Origin: Lingula anatina
Lineage: Eukaryota > Animalia > Brachiopoda
DNA length: 64,000 nucleotides
Assembly: GCA_051362555.1 (NCBI GenBank)
Contig: CM120642.1
Span: forward strand, 15,128,001 to 15,192,000
Reading direction: 5' to 3'
Shown here: one piece after another, positions 39,175 through 51,433 of the stretch
Layout: each line of letters starts with the position of its first letter
Numbering within the stretch: the first letter of the stretch is position 1
Notes under the pieces: model-generated
The model's database searches: none
What the model saw: only the letters and a program-made list of their open reading frames with translations
Told to the model about the DNA's origin: nothing
Program-made: the position numbers and the translations under genes

Positions 39175-40670
39175 TTAACATTTACTGAAGTTGAGAACAA
39201 GTTCCTTTTTCTTGTCACACCAACATGGTATAGCCTTGAATAACAACTGCATGCTCTTTCTGTAAGCTAGGCAATGTTTCTTCTCAAAATATTGCCACCA
39301 TTTGCCATATTCACAGCAAATGTGATCCTGCCCTACGGCATCGTACACCTGCTTCTCACAGTAACACATGTGCACTAATCCCACCGGAGGTCTGTAAAAT
39401 ATCACATATTTTAAAATACATCACCCAATACAATGTGCTTTCACGGCATTAATGTACGTACAAAGGTAAATTTATATTTAAATGGACAATCAATAATTTC
39501 TTGTACCAAACCATACCTTAGGATTGTCATAGAATTAGGCTTCGTTCACATGCAATGTCTATTTTCTAAATTCTATTTTCTATTTGCGGCATGTCTTATG
39601 ATCACGGTCTGTGCACTGAATATCCCGCCGCGTAATTACTGGCAGCGCGAGCCAGTTACTATAAGTTACTATAAGTAACTGGCTCGCGCTGCCAGTAATT
39701 ACACGGCGGGATATTCAGTGCACAGACCGTGATCATAAGATAGCGCGAATAGAAAATAGAATTTAGAAAATAGACATTGCATGTGAACGAAGCCTTAGAT
39801 TATATAACGATAATAAAAGGACATTTACAAAGTTACTAATATGTGTATACAAGAATACGATTGAATACAAGAATCGGCGAAGTCACAAAGTGTAAAGAAA
39901 CTGAAAAGTGACAGGAAAGTCTTTTGTCTGATGTTTACCGCTGTACTGTTTAAAGGCATATACCGGTATTACCTTAACTATAATGATAACTTGGGTAGCG
40001 TCCGCTAACTCAAAGCGAAAATGCATGGTGACGTAAAAGGTCGACCAAAGCATACAGGTAATGGACACCACAATTTTGTCATATGCAAATTTAACATTAA
40101 AAGACGACAGAAAACCACTCCCGGGCTGACAGGAATGGTAGTCCTAGAAATTAAGACCAGGGTCCCATATCATTTCAGATTAAATGTACCCGTAGAACAG
40201 GTTAGGGTCAGTATAAGACGTACTAGTACTAGGGGTAGTACTTCGTACATCTATATGGCGCGAATGTCACCTGTATAAAGTGATGGGAAACTGAATACGG
40301 TACCCAGAGAACTACCATTCCTGTCACACGGGTAGACGTTCTCGGTCAAAATACTCACTTATCACACAGACACATATCGTGTCGAAGACAGGTTTCGTCT
40401 AGGCTGTCCTTTGGTTTCAGACATTTACTAGATGGATGAAAAATATAACCGGGTTAAGAAAGTGAATGGACTCTCTAATAATGTAGTACAAAGTCCTTTA
40501 TTTTTGCGGTGAAATCACTGAGAATTGAATAGAACATACCCTGTACATGCAACTCAAGTTGTTTAAACATACAATAACGTACTGTGATTCCCAAGTGTTT
40601 TTACATTCACTACATCTACTACTACTTGCATATGAGATCAACCAGTCAATTACGTTCAGTTTAACAAAAA

Positions 40671-40726
<56 letters not shown>

Positions 40727-41370
40727 AAAAAACACACCGGCATTCGTCTACTGTATTATCACACGTGCAGCAAGGCAAGCCCTTTCCAGTGGTCTCCGCT
40801 CCACACCAATTGCCGTAATCGGCCAACCCTCGCTTTGAGCGAATATGATGAAGTTCTGAAATGAAATTGCGTTACTCGTCCAGCAATTATTCCTTTGACT
40901 AAATAAAGGTCCAAAAGGCGCGTAATTTGACAGCAGTATCTGGATTAAAGGAGTTTTTATCGTATTTTGACATTATGTCCTTATTTTCCAGAGTCAAATT
41001 CAACTTACTAATATGTGTTTATGTATTTATTCGTTTAACATACTGTGACAAAATGGGTCTTCCAGATCATTTTTTTTATTTCAGTCATCCCGACCTGAAA
41101 CTATTACCATCTTCTTTAAGATTTTCTTTTGTTATCAAACTAATTATTTGTCACTTTGATTACGGAAAATCACCTCTTGAACATTTACACCATTAATGTG
41201 TTAGTGATGACATAAGGAAGTTAAACCATATTTATAATAAAACTCTCAGGGATTGTACAAAAATTTAGATAATCGAATACTGTCTGCATGCTTATACCTT
41301 CGACAACCCCACCAGCAGTGCAGCAGACAAGGCTGGTGAAGATAACGGTCAAAATGAATGACGACAACAT
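39175..41370 (-). CDS. Secreted phospholipase A2-like cysteine-rich pro-protein C (158 aa)
   Basis: Exons 41370-41298, 40855-40738, 40427-40359, 39391-39175 give MLSSFILTVIFTSLVCCTAGGVVEELHHIRSKR/GLADYGNWCGAETTGKGLPCCTCDNTVDECRKCLKPKDSLDETCLRHDMCLCDKPPVGLVHMCYCEKQVYDAVGQDHICCEYGKWWQYFEKKHCLAYRKSMQLLFKAIPCWCDKKKELVLNFSKC*. Confidence 0.88.
39538..39794. mobile_element. Near-perfect 257-bp palindromic MITE, TTA TSD (PIF/Harbinger-like)
   Basis: TTA|GGCTTCGTTCACATGCAATGTCTATTTTC...GAAAATAGACATTGCATGTGAACGAAGCC|TTA; arms of ~120 bp meet near 39665. Confidence 0.88.
40670..40726. repeat. (TAAA)n microsatellite
   Basis: Tetranucleotide run in intron 2 of gene C. Confidence 0.9.
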
Positions 41371-42073
41371 GCTGGCTGTACGGTGAGTCTGGTCAACTGA
41401 AAAATAAATATGAATATGTAAGATAAAATGAAATGATGTTAATAGCAACCTGGGGTCACGTTTAGTATGGTTTTTACCCAAATATGTTTTAGCCTTATTT
41501 AACCGCTGGAAATAGACGTTGGTATCTGTCTATACGAGAGTTGTTGGAGCGATTGGCCCAACTAAAAAAAAGCGGGAATATACCTAGACGAATTAAAAAC
41601 ACACTGATCTTCTTGTAATCTCCAAACTTCATAATGCAAGTCACAGTACCGGTAAGCCTATGTTGTGGAGTGGAGTGGTAAGGAAATATCTGGTGAAGAA
41701 CGTATTGTATTTCGCAATGTATGGCTTATGCATAGTTAAGCATGACAGGAATTTTCTAATCAAGATTACAAAATATGGTTCAACATTCAAACTTAATTTT
41801 GAGAAAGAAAAATACTTTGATATCATTTTAGATACCGGTAGAACCAAACGCGGAGAGGTTATTTAAGACGATGAAAACCCTTGTTTTCTCTTTAAAAAAC
41901 TTAGAGTGGATATTCTTTTGTTAAAATATTGTCAGTTTCAAGTATAATTTGATCAGCCTCAAGTTACATTTATTTTTTATCCATCAATCTGTTTATTTCA
42001 CGAGTATAAAAGACATCAAAGAGTATTTGATGTCTTTTATACTCTAACACGAGATGACCTCTCCAGGTATATA

Positions 42074-43726
42074 CACTGATGCTGATAAGTTAAGCAACAC
42101 CCCGATTTTTTCAAAAGTTCCTTCTATCTTGATCATTATTTCATTTGTTGGTGGAATTATGCATATTTCTTTCATATTTTATAAATAACTTATTCAAGTT
42201 GAATATTTCGGTAAAGAAATACACCACATAGCTTATTGTAATAATCAAAATAGCTTTATTAACCAAACGGTACTAAAATATGCCAAACCATATGTCAAAA
42301 AAGTATGCTCACACAGCAAAAAGTGCGTGCTGATTAAAACAGCTTATTATGAAAAAAATAAAGTCCAATCATCTAAGAATAAGTTTTAATAAAGAAACAC
42401 TGTAGATAATAGATGATTAATCGTCTATTATGCAATAATATCGGGTGTGCCTTCCCCGGTTTTGAACAACAGCTTCACATTGTCTCCTGCAACTTGCCAC
42501 CAAATTCTGCCAATCTTGCTTTTGGTGCCGGTTCCATTCTTCATTTATTGCCTGCTGGACCTCCGTAATGTTTCTAACTGGAGGTTGTCTCTCATTTACT
42601 GCCCTGTCAATCATATCCTAAGCATGTTCGATTACATTGAGAATTGGTAAATATGCAGGCCAATCCAAATGTGGGATACGGTGCTGTTGCAGCGGGTCTT
42701 GCACGGACCGTGCTTTCTGGATGGGCGCTTTGTCCTGCACCAAAATGTTTTTTCTTCCTGGATTTGCTTGAATGTGTGTTTGAATGCGCCCCAATGGTAT
42801 TTCGTCTCTGTAATGCTGACCAGGGTACCTCACTTGAATGACTTACAGTGCCAATTTTTCATCATATGAGAAACCGCACCATACTATGACGGATACTCCA
42901 CCATTCTGAACACGCAGAAGAACACAGTCATCCTGAAACGCTTGGTTTGGACGTCTCCAGACACCTAGTTGACCATCTGCATACATCAAAGTGAATCTGG
43001 TCTCCTCAGTCCACAGGACCTTTCGCCCAGTCCTGAGATTCCATCTTTCTGGCTCATGTCAGTCTTATTTGCTTGTGTCTGTTGGTCAACTGTGGCTTTT
43101 GACGAGGTCTTTTAGATGGAAGTTCAGCTTCTAAAAGATGCCTGTTGACTGTTTGCCTTCTGATTCGAGCCGTTCCTAATCCAGGCCAGGTGTTCCTCAG
43201 TTTTTTTGGCCGATATGAACTGGTCCTGGTGGCATAATCGAACCAGATATCTTCATCTCTTGCTTCAGTTAATATTGGTCTACCGGAAAGAGGCTTGTCC
43301 AATACATGATGAGTTTGGCGCCATTTTGCTACCAGCTTGGACACTTGACTTGGTGCTACTTTTTTGTTGCCTTGCAATCTGTCTTTGGCACCCCAGCACG
43401 ATGGCTTCCCATTATTTGCCATCTGATTACCATGTTGAGTCCTCTTATAACCATTGGTTGGTCCAATATAACAAATTGTGCCCATGAAACCAGCCAAACT
43501 GGAAGCTCCTCATAGCATGGCCAAACTGTGTTTTTCGCAAGTGGCACCCCCATTGCATATTCTACCGTGTCCAACAGTAAACAGTACTCTAATGTCACGG
43601 TCCAGTAAGTCAAAGTAAAAACAAGAGAAATATCTAGCTACTGTACAAATTTTGCCTCAATAAAAATTTTGGTTGCTGAGAAATTCGAGAAATAAGAAAG
43701 TGTTGCTTAACTTATGAGCATCAGTG
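42074..43726 (-). mobile_element. Full-length but decayed Tc1-family transposon
   Basis: 27-bp TIRs CACTGATGCT(G/C)ATAAGTTAAGCAACAC with TA TSD. Frameshifted transposase on - (~43450-42430): SGRP..T..RD, KRPRQKPQLT.RHK, LWTEETRF, VQDKAP, LDWPAYLPILNVIEHA, QNRGRHTRY. Confidence 0.9.
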
Positions 43727-44149
43727 TATATTGTAGACCAAATGTGTCATTAAGTGTCAACAGAGACAGGTAACTACATTATATTTATGGTGACAAAGAG
43801 AACCAAGACCTTATGCAAAATACTAATGTTAAAATGAAAAACTTTGTGGTTTTGCTGCCACGGTTAGTTTTAAATTAGCCGCAAGGATTTCCGAATCGTG
43901 TCTTGTGAAAAACCTATATTATTTCTGTTTACTGTACTATAACCACTTATCGTTCGACACTGGAAAGCTTATAATAGCACTGGGAGAACTTTTTAAAGAA
44001 GAAATGGGCGATTTATTCCATCAGAATACTCCATTTGTGTACTTTTCATTTAATATTCCAAATGCCGATCTTGAAATACCATTCAATGAGAAAAAGGAAT
44101 ATCAAATGACATTTTTTTTACTTTGATTTTTTTTTTATTCCACCCCTAT

Positions 44150-44445
44150 TCCCAAACGACTGCACTGGCTACCTATAAGAGTATGGATTCTCTTTTTTAA
44201 CTTTTCGTATATGCTCAAGCTGCTCTTTGCAATTTGGTCCCACCTTGTTTATGCAATCTTGTATCAACTTACGGACACCACTCCCGGACCAGCTGACCAT
44301 CCACTCTAAACACCTTTTAAAACTTAACTTCTCACATATGGTGACAATTCTTTTAAAGTCGCTGCTCCAAGGGAATGGAATTTACTTCCACTTTTACTAT
44401 GAAGGATAGATTCTCCAGCTTCTTTTAGAAGGGGGTAAGGATGTC
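44150..44445 (+). mobile_element. Degraded L2/CR1-type LINE 3' fragment
   Basis: Across frameshifts reads LHWLPIRV...YGDNSFKVAAPREWNLLP, typical of the L2/CR1 ORF2 C-terminus. Confidence 0.65.
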
Positions 44446-45964
44446 TTTTTAATTGTAAATAAAAATTTTATATAAAGTAGTAACATTTTTAATTTCCACG
44501 ATAATTTGTTTGCAAAATGGAATTTACGATGCAAATGATGTACTGATTAAAATTTGAAAGGATTTGAAGGCTTTTTCCAAACTTGCTGGAAACTTAGATG
44601 GTCTCGCAAATTTTTAGCAAATTTGCAGTAACCACTTTTTTTTGCAACAACCTGCAAACAGTTTCTAGCAAACTCTTTTGTTTGCAGCAAATTCGCAGCA
44701 AATTATTCGTTAGCTTGCTGCAAACATTTCAGGGGGGGACCAACGCGTCATTGATAATGAGTGCTTATTTAATGCGTCCAAATTTCAGTCCTTTCAAACA
44801 GTGCACTGTAAAATGTAATTGTTATTTTGTCATAAAACATCTGTCAAATGCACAAAAACTGTTGCACTGATCATGAATGATTTCTTACAACGCACACAAA
44901 TAGCTGGTAGTACTGTACGTAGAACTCAAGTCACAATTTATAATTAAGTGACATATTTTAAGGCAGCAAACAACCAAAACTCACCTGATTCAGAAAGACT
45001 GGCGTTGAAACAACCTAAGGCAAGTCAGGCCAAGGAATCTAATATTTTTCACCTCGATCATGGTTTTTAATAAATATTCTGTCACCATGTGACATATTTG
45101 AAAGTAACCAATCACGCTCGGTTTAACATGCATTTAAATCGTGGCAACATAATTTTCTACTACCCTTCCTTTACCTTTAGGATATGTCACCTGTTACTAT
45201 TTTTGTCGCATAACAAATGGCAAGGGGCTTGTTTGAAATCATGTATATGTAATTTTTCTGTACCACAAATGATGGATTTATTTATTAAATCCCACGCAGT
45301 ATGTATCCGTTCAATGAAGCACCATCCTACCTGCATTTACTGGTATTTTATGCGGCATATAGGCCTACAGGCTGTGAAAAACATAATACCCTGCATGTCA
45401 GGCTGTTACAAAAGAATATAAAATAATCTCAGGTGAATCTGCATGCGAAAGATATTCACCCCCTTAGGTTTGTAACCTTTAGCCATGTGCATGAACATCT
45501 TGTTAAACATTTGGTAAATAAGCTATTTTCATAGCAGACATTAAGGCACCTTATAAAGCGCGAACGAAGACATCCCTATTAACGTCATGTATACTAGTAC
45601 AGTGTATGTAGGCGGAGGTTTTGCATAGAAATAAATATCTATTCATTTATCTAACTTTATCTAACGAGGGTAAAGACATGGTAAACATAAAAATTCATCT
45701 TCGCCCGTGGCCCTCATGAGGTTAGAACACAAATAAAACATCTGTTACACAAGTAAATGATAATAAACGATTGTGTTTAAACTAACGCAATATCTTTTTG
45801 TACGAACTTGAACAGGTACATGATGTTTTTTCTTTCTTACCGGACTGAGCCATATATACTCAGCATATTTGAATGTTTACCCGAATATTTTTATAAAAGG
45901 GGGCCACCTATGGGCATATTGTTATTCTGAACTCAGGGTTCGGTCAACTTTTTCGTTCGGTTAT

Positions 45965-45966
<2 letters not shown>

Positions 45967-46009
<43 letters not shown>

Positions 46010-46021
46010 TGTGTGTGTGTA
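45967..46021. repeat. (TG)n microsatellite
   Basis: About 27 TG units with one interruption. Confidence 0.95.
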
Positions 46022-46686
46022 TCAAAGGTGAATTAGGGTCGTTGGGATTTTTTATAAAACACCCAGTGTCATGAATGATAATGATACACATGTAGCTGAT
46101 GTGGGGTCCGGTTCCCATTGATTTTATAGGTAAGCGCTGTCCAAGGTTATAACACATTTACGCCATACTGATTTTATAGCCATTTTGGTTCCACAGTAGA
46201 GACCTACAGCTAGAAGTCATACATATAACCATTGATTGGCCTGATGACATTTAATTTATTTATTTACTGGTAGAATTTGCACTGTCCATTTTTTAAGTGA
46301 TTAATGTAAAATGGCTGCCATGGCAATTAGACAATCCCGAAACCAAAAATGACAATTTCACTTAATAGACTGTAGGCCTACTATTTCCCCATTTTTTCCA
46401 GCAAGGTGTTTAAAGGAATTACTTCTGTGTTTTCTAAAAAGTCACGTTTTATTCATCATTTGCACGCAATAGTAGTTATTTAAGTCCTATGTGGCAACAC
46501 TCCCAACTCAAGAGTCACATCAATCACTGGTCAATGTTAGTAGGGCATAAATTAACATTTTTAATGATTAAACATCATATTTAATTTAGAGATCTTCTCG
46601 GCTTCAACTTGGCCATTATGTTAATTCATTGGCATTCGTTCACCACATAGTTTGTATCTTTTGGGGGAGGCCAACAATGAATTACA

Positions 46687-46901
46687 GGGCGTATTCCCAG
46701 AGCTTTTAGATCGATTTATCCCCGCGGGGAGTCTCACTAGATTACTGTCAGATAATCCGGCTTAAATGTCCGTCCCGCCTACTACAAGCTGTAAGGGGTT
46801 AATTAACTTTCGTGCCCGCTCGGCTGATAGCTATTTAGCGTGAACCCCCAGGGAGTTAGGTCGATCTAACGTAGATCGATCTAATCTCTGGGAATGGGGT
46901 C
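46687..46901. mobile_element. ~220-bp MITE copy 3
   Basis: GGGCGTATTCCCAGAGCTTTTAGATCGAT...CTCTGGGAATGGGGTC; interior homologous to copies 1 and 2. Confidence 0.8.
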
Positions 46902-47692
46902 ATAGGGCCTACTTCCTCAGACTTTCGATGCAAAGTAAAATGAAAAGCAACAATGCTCCCATAAATCAATAGTAAATTATGAAGACCATTTAGTTATATA
47001 TAAGTGATAAATGCCCCTTCTCCTCAAGCTGTATATGTCTATATGAACATACCTGGCGAATCGTAGGCCTATTCTCTTTCGTCCTATTTAGGAACATGTA
47101 AAAGATGTACTTGAATGTGTGCTTCATCACAGCATTTTTTTCTTTGCTTGATTTTTTATGTGGATTTATTTTAAAGGAATGCAGTCTTACCACCAGCTTT
47201 TACACTGTACAAAGAATTTCAATGAAGAAAATTTCAGTTTTAATTGCGATTAATCATTATAAATGAGGCAACAAAGACACCACTAGAATGCTACAGTGAG
47301 TGTGTTTACTAATGTAATGTACCTGCAGCCTAGGGACACTGCTGCAGATTATGTGCTTACTACAGTGTATGTACACAGTATGATTTTTTTTTTTTTTTTT
47401 CATATTTCACACATTCTCCATAAAAAGCGCCTAAATTGAAAAATGATAAAGCTGAAACCATCAAACTAATCAAAACTGGTTCAGTATTTTTTAACCAAAT
47501 TCACCGAAAAATCACCAAGAGTTTTTTATTTATTTATTTATTTATTTAGTTCACTAATGGGGCATGTTATACCGGTATATTAATTAGGAGCCAATCTGAC
47601 TTTGGGCGCAGACCTGCGCAGACCACAATCTGTTATGGCACTCTACTGTGCCAGGAGTCTTGAAAAGTCAGAGTCGGTGATGACGTAACAAG

Positions 47693-50600
47693 ATGGTGGA
47701 CACGGGCACCTGTTTATCCTGGATTTTTGTAATTTTTTTAGTTTTTGTCCCTACAGCACAGGAGAATAAAGGCGGACTGTATTCAGAAAATGGCCCTGTG
47801 ACAGTTCTCACAGGCTCAAACTTTAAAGACACTGTCCCTAACTCTGATAACACATGGATGGTGGAATTTTACAGCAGCTGGTGTGGACATTGTGTACGGT
47901 TTGCGCCGACTTATTTGAAAGTGGCACAGTTTGTGAAAGGTAGATAAACTTTATGTGTCGTGCTACTTTGATTTCTTTGCCTTTTTCGTGCAGAAAATGA
48001 GGCAATGTTTAAATCGATTAATTTCCTTTGATTTGGTGTGCTTCCCACTGAGCAATATTGTTTTGTAGTGCTACTAGTAATTTATGATTGATCACGTGTG
48101 ATTTCAGTCACGTACCGTCCATATAAAACATACCACCATTTTGTATTATGCTCTGAGCGAATAAATCCACATAAGCAGTATAAAATGATGTATTATGACT
48201 GTTTATTGCTGATACAGCTGTCTCATTGTTTTACACTGTGCATCTTTTGGTAGCTGGTAAGGCATATCATGTACATGTGCCTTGTACTAAACTTTTCACA
48301 GTACCCCAGTAGGTGATACAGTTTGTGAATGCATTAGCGACAATACGTAATTTTTACATTATCCATAGGCCCAGATATCAGAATTTATCATTTGATGTTA
48401 ACAGTAAGATATGACATTATGGTTTTGATAAGAATTTCATGTTCCTGTATCTCATCATTTAAACTGGGAACATTATTTGAACTGCTGTAAGCTGCTATAT
48501 AGATAATTTTTCTGATGACAGTGTATTTGTACGGATCATAAAGGTTGAAGCAAATTTGAAAATCCATTCTGTTGTACCTAATAACTAAATATCAATAATA
48601 TGTTTTTCTGCCCCCTCCCCAACCCATGTCAGTTTACTTTTTAATTTATGCTACATAACCAACAATATTGATTTGTTGGTAATAACATGGAAAAGATTGG
48701 ATAATACATTTTTAACTTTTGAAAGACAGAAACATTTAAGAAATTCCACTTGAGATGAATATACATGGTTGTGCAAAGAAATATTTTTTACTATTTTATC
48801 TTTTATCTTCATAGGCTGGCGGCAAGTGATAAGGGTAGGTGCAGTTGACTGTGCTCAGGATTACAATACAGCTCTCTGCAAAGAATATGGGATTGATATG
48901 TATCCCACAATTAAGGTGAGTGGAAAATATATTGACGTGAATGAGATTTAAATTTAATTTGATTTAAATTAAAAATAACAAAAGAATTATGAAATTAGCT
49001 AACTGGACATGTGTGTTGACATTTGAAGTTTGAATATGACATACAGATGAAAGTGGACAAGGGGAAAGTTGCTTATATGTATTGTAGAGTGTCAACAAAC
49101 ATCATTTGTCAATGAACACCCTACAGTATTTAGCTGTAGCTTTCTTAAGAACTTGATAATGTCAGAAGTATATTCAATGTAAAAATATGGATATAAGTCT
49201 GTAAAGATTTAATGCGCACAATTATATTATGGATTTAGCAAACTTGGAGGATAGAGCTTCAAAATCTTGGTGAGTTGTTGCACGGGCAATATAGTGTAGA
49301 TAAATAGTGGTGATTGGAAATAGTGGTGTGTCAGCAGTCCTTGTAGTCAATCAGCCCGTCTTTATAAATATAATACATGTTAAATGTCATTATATATCTT
49401 TTTGTTTGAGGTGATAAAGGCTTCTTGAAGGCAGGTGTCATCATGCTGGATGATTTCAAACTGGTTCTGTTTTAAGCTAGGACAGTAGAGATTGCATTCA
49501 AAGACATAAAGATATTAGTTACAATGTGGAGGAACATGTGAAAAAATGCATGTTCTACACCCCACAATTTTTACTTTTTTTTTTTTTTTACTATAATTCA
49601 GAAGTGGATTTTGATTCATAATATAGTGTGAGGAATAAATGTGAATTTTTAAATGTTTTTTGGTTCTCATTTTAGTTCTTCGACTTACATTCCAAAAGTG
49701 GAGACCTTGGCAGGGTTTTTAATGGCAGTCAAGATGACCAAACTATACGCCACGCTATGGTGGACCACATTAACAGACAGAGAGATTTAAAATCCAAGTG
49801 GCCTTGGCTTCTGCCAATAAGGTAAGGTGTTTTTGTTAGTGGGCATTTTTATGTACAGACACAGATGTGTCTGTACATATAGCCATCATCTGCGTCTGTC
49901 GTCGCCGTCGCCGTCGCCGTGCACTTTTACCGATAACACAATAAGTGGAAAACCATTTTACCTTTTGACTTGAAACTTGCAGAACTGATGAATATTCATA
50001 ATACGCAGGTCAAGTTCGAAAATCAGCATGATCGGGTCACTTTTAGGGAATTTATGCTGTTTTTTCACTTTTTTCAGCATATATGCAGCACCGATAACAC
50101 GATAAGTGGAAAACCATTTTACCTTTTGACTTGAAACTTACAGAACTGATGAATATTCATAATACGCAGGTCAAGTTCGAAAATCAGCATGATCGGGTCA
50201 CTTTTAGGGAATTTATGCTGTTTTTTCACTTTTTTCAGCATATATGCAGCACCGATAACAGGATAAGTGGAAAACCATTTTACCTTTTGACTTGAAACTT
50301 ACAGAACTGATGAATATTTATAATACGCAGGTCAAGTTCGAAAATCAGCATGATCGGGTCACTTTTAGGGAATTTATGCTGTTTTTTCACTTTTTTCAGC
50401 ATATATGCAGCACCGATAACACGATAAGTGGAAAACCATTTTACCTTTTGACTTGAAACTTACAGAACTGATGAATATTCATAATACGCAGGTCAAGTTC
50501 GAAAATCAGCATGATCAGGCCATTTTTAGGGAATTTATGCTGTTTTTTCACTATTTTCAATATAAATGCAACACTGATAACACAATATAAGGAAAACGGA

Positions 50601-51398
50601 TTGGCCAATTGTAATTATACTCACAGGAGTGGTCAATCTTACTAAAACGCAGGTTGAGTTCAAAAATCAGCATAATCGGGCCATTATTTTAGAAGTTATA
50701 CTGTTTTTTCACATTTCCTCAGATTCAATTATTAGGCATGTTAACAGTCTCATTATTTAACTAATAAGATGCCTAAAAGTGTTTGTTTGATATTTCCTGC
50801 ATCTTTACAACATTGTTAGTTGATTATGTAAAAGACATGGTAAACTTGTTATCATGTATTGTGTAATAAAGTGTCAAAAATGGAAATAAACTCATATCAT
50901 TGCAGTTTGTCAGATTCAATCATCCACTATGTTCAGAATCTCAGAATGGAGGAAATTGGACATTTAACACTGTTCTATTGATACTTTTCCCATCTCATCA
51001 ATTTTCTTAGTTGGTCATATAAAAATGGCAGTAAAATGTTTATTTTGTTTTATGTTAAAAAAGTGTTAAAAATGGAAATAAACCCATTTCAGAACAGTGC
51101 TGTCTTGTTTACATTTTGGCATTTTCAAGGTGTGACTTTGAAGTTCCATGGGCCTGAAGACCTTTGCTAGTCACATTTTCTGAATATCTGTGATACAAAT
51201 ATTTTATAATTAAAAATTGATGGTCATTAAGCTGTTAAACATTATGTAATATTGCATCAAAATTTGAAGAAACCCCTATTTTGGGCACTGCTTCCATGAT
51301 GACCATTTAAGGAAAATCATGTCACTTACTGTTCTCAAACTTACAGGAAAGAAACATGGGACTAAAATACAGCTTCAGTAGGCAATGCAGTCTGTTTG

Positions 51399-51433
<35 letters not shown>

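Noticed and set aside
49929-50715. CRISPR-like array
   Set aside because: Units are contiguous 161-bp copies with no unique spacers, in a eukaryotic intron; this is a satellite.
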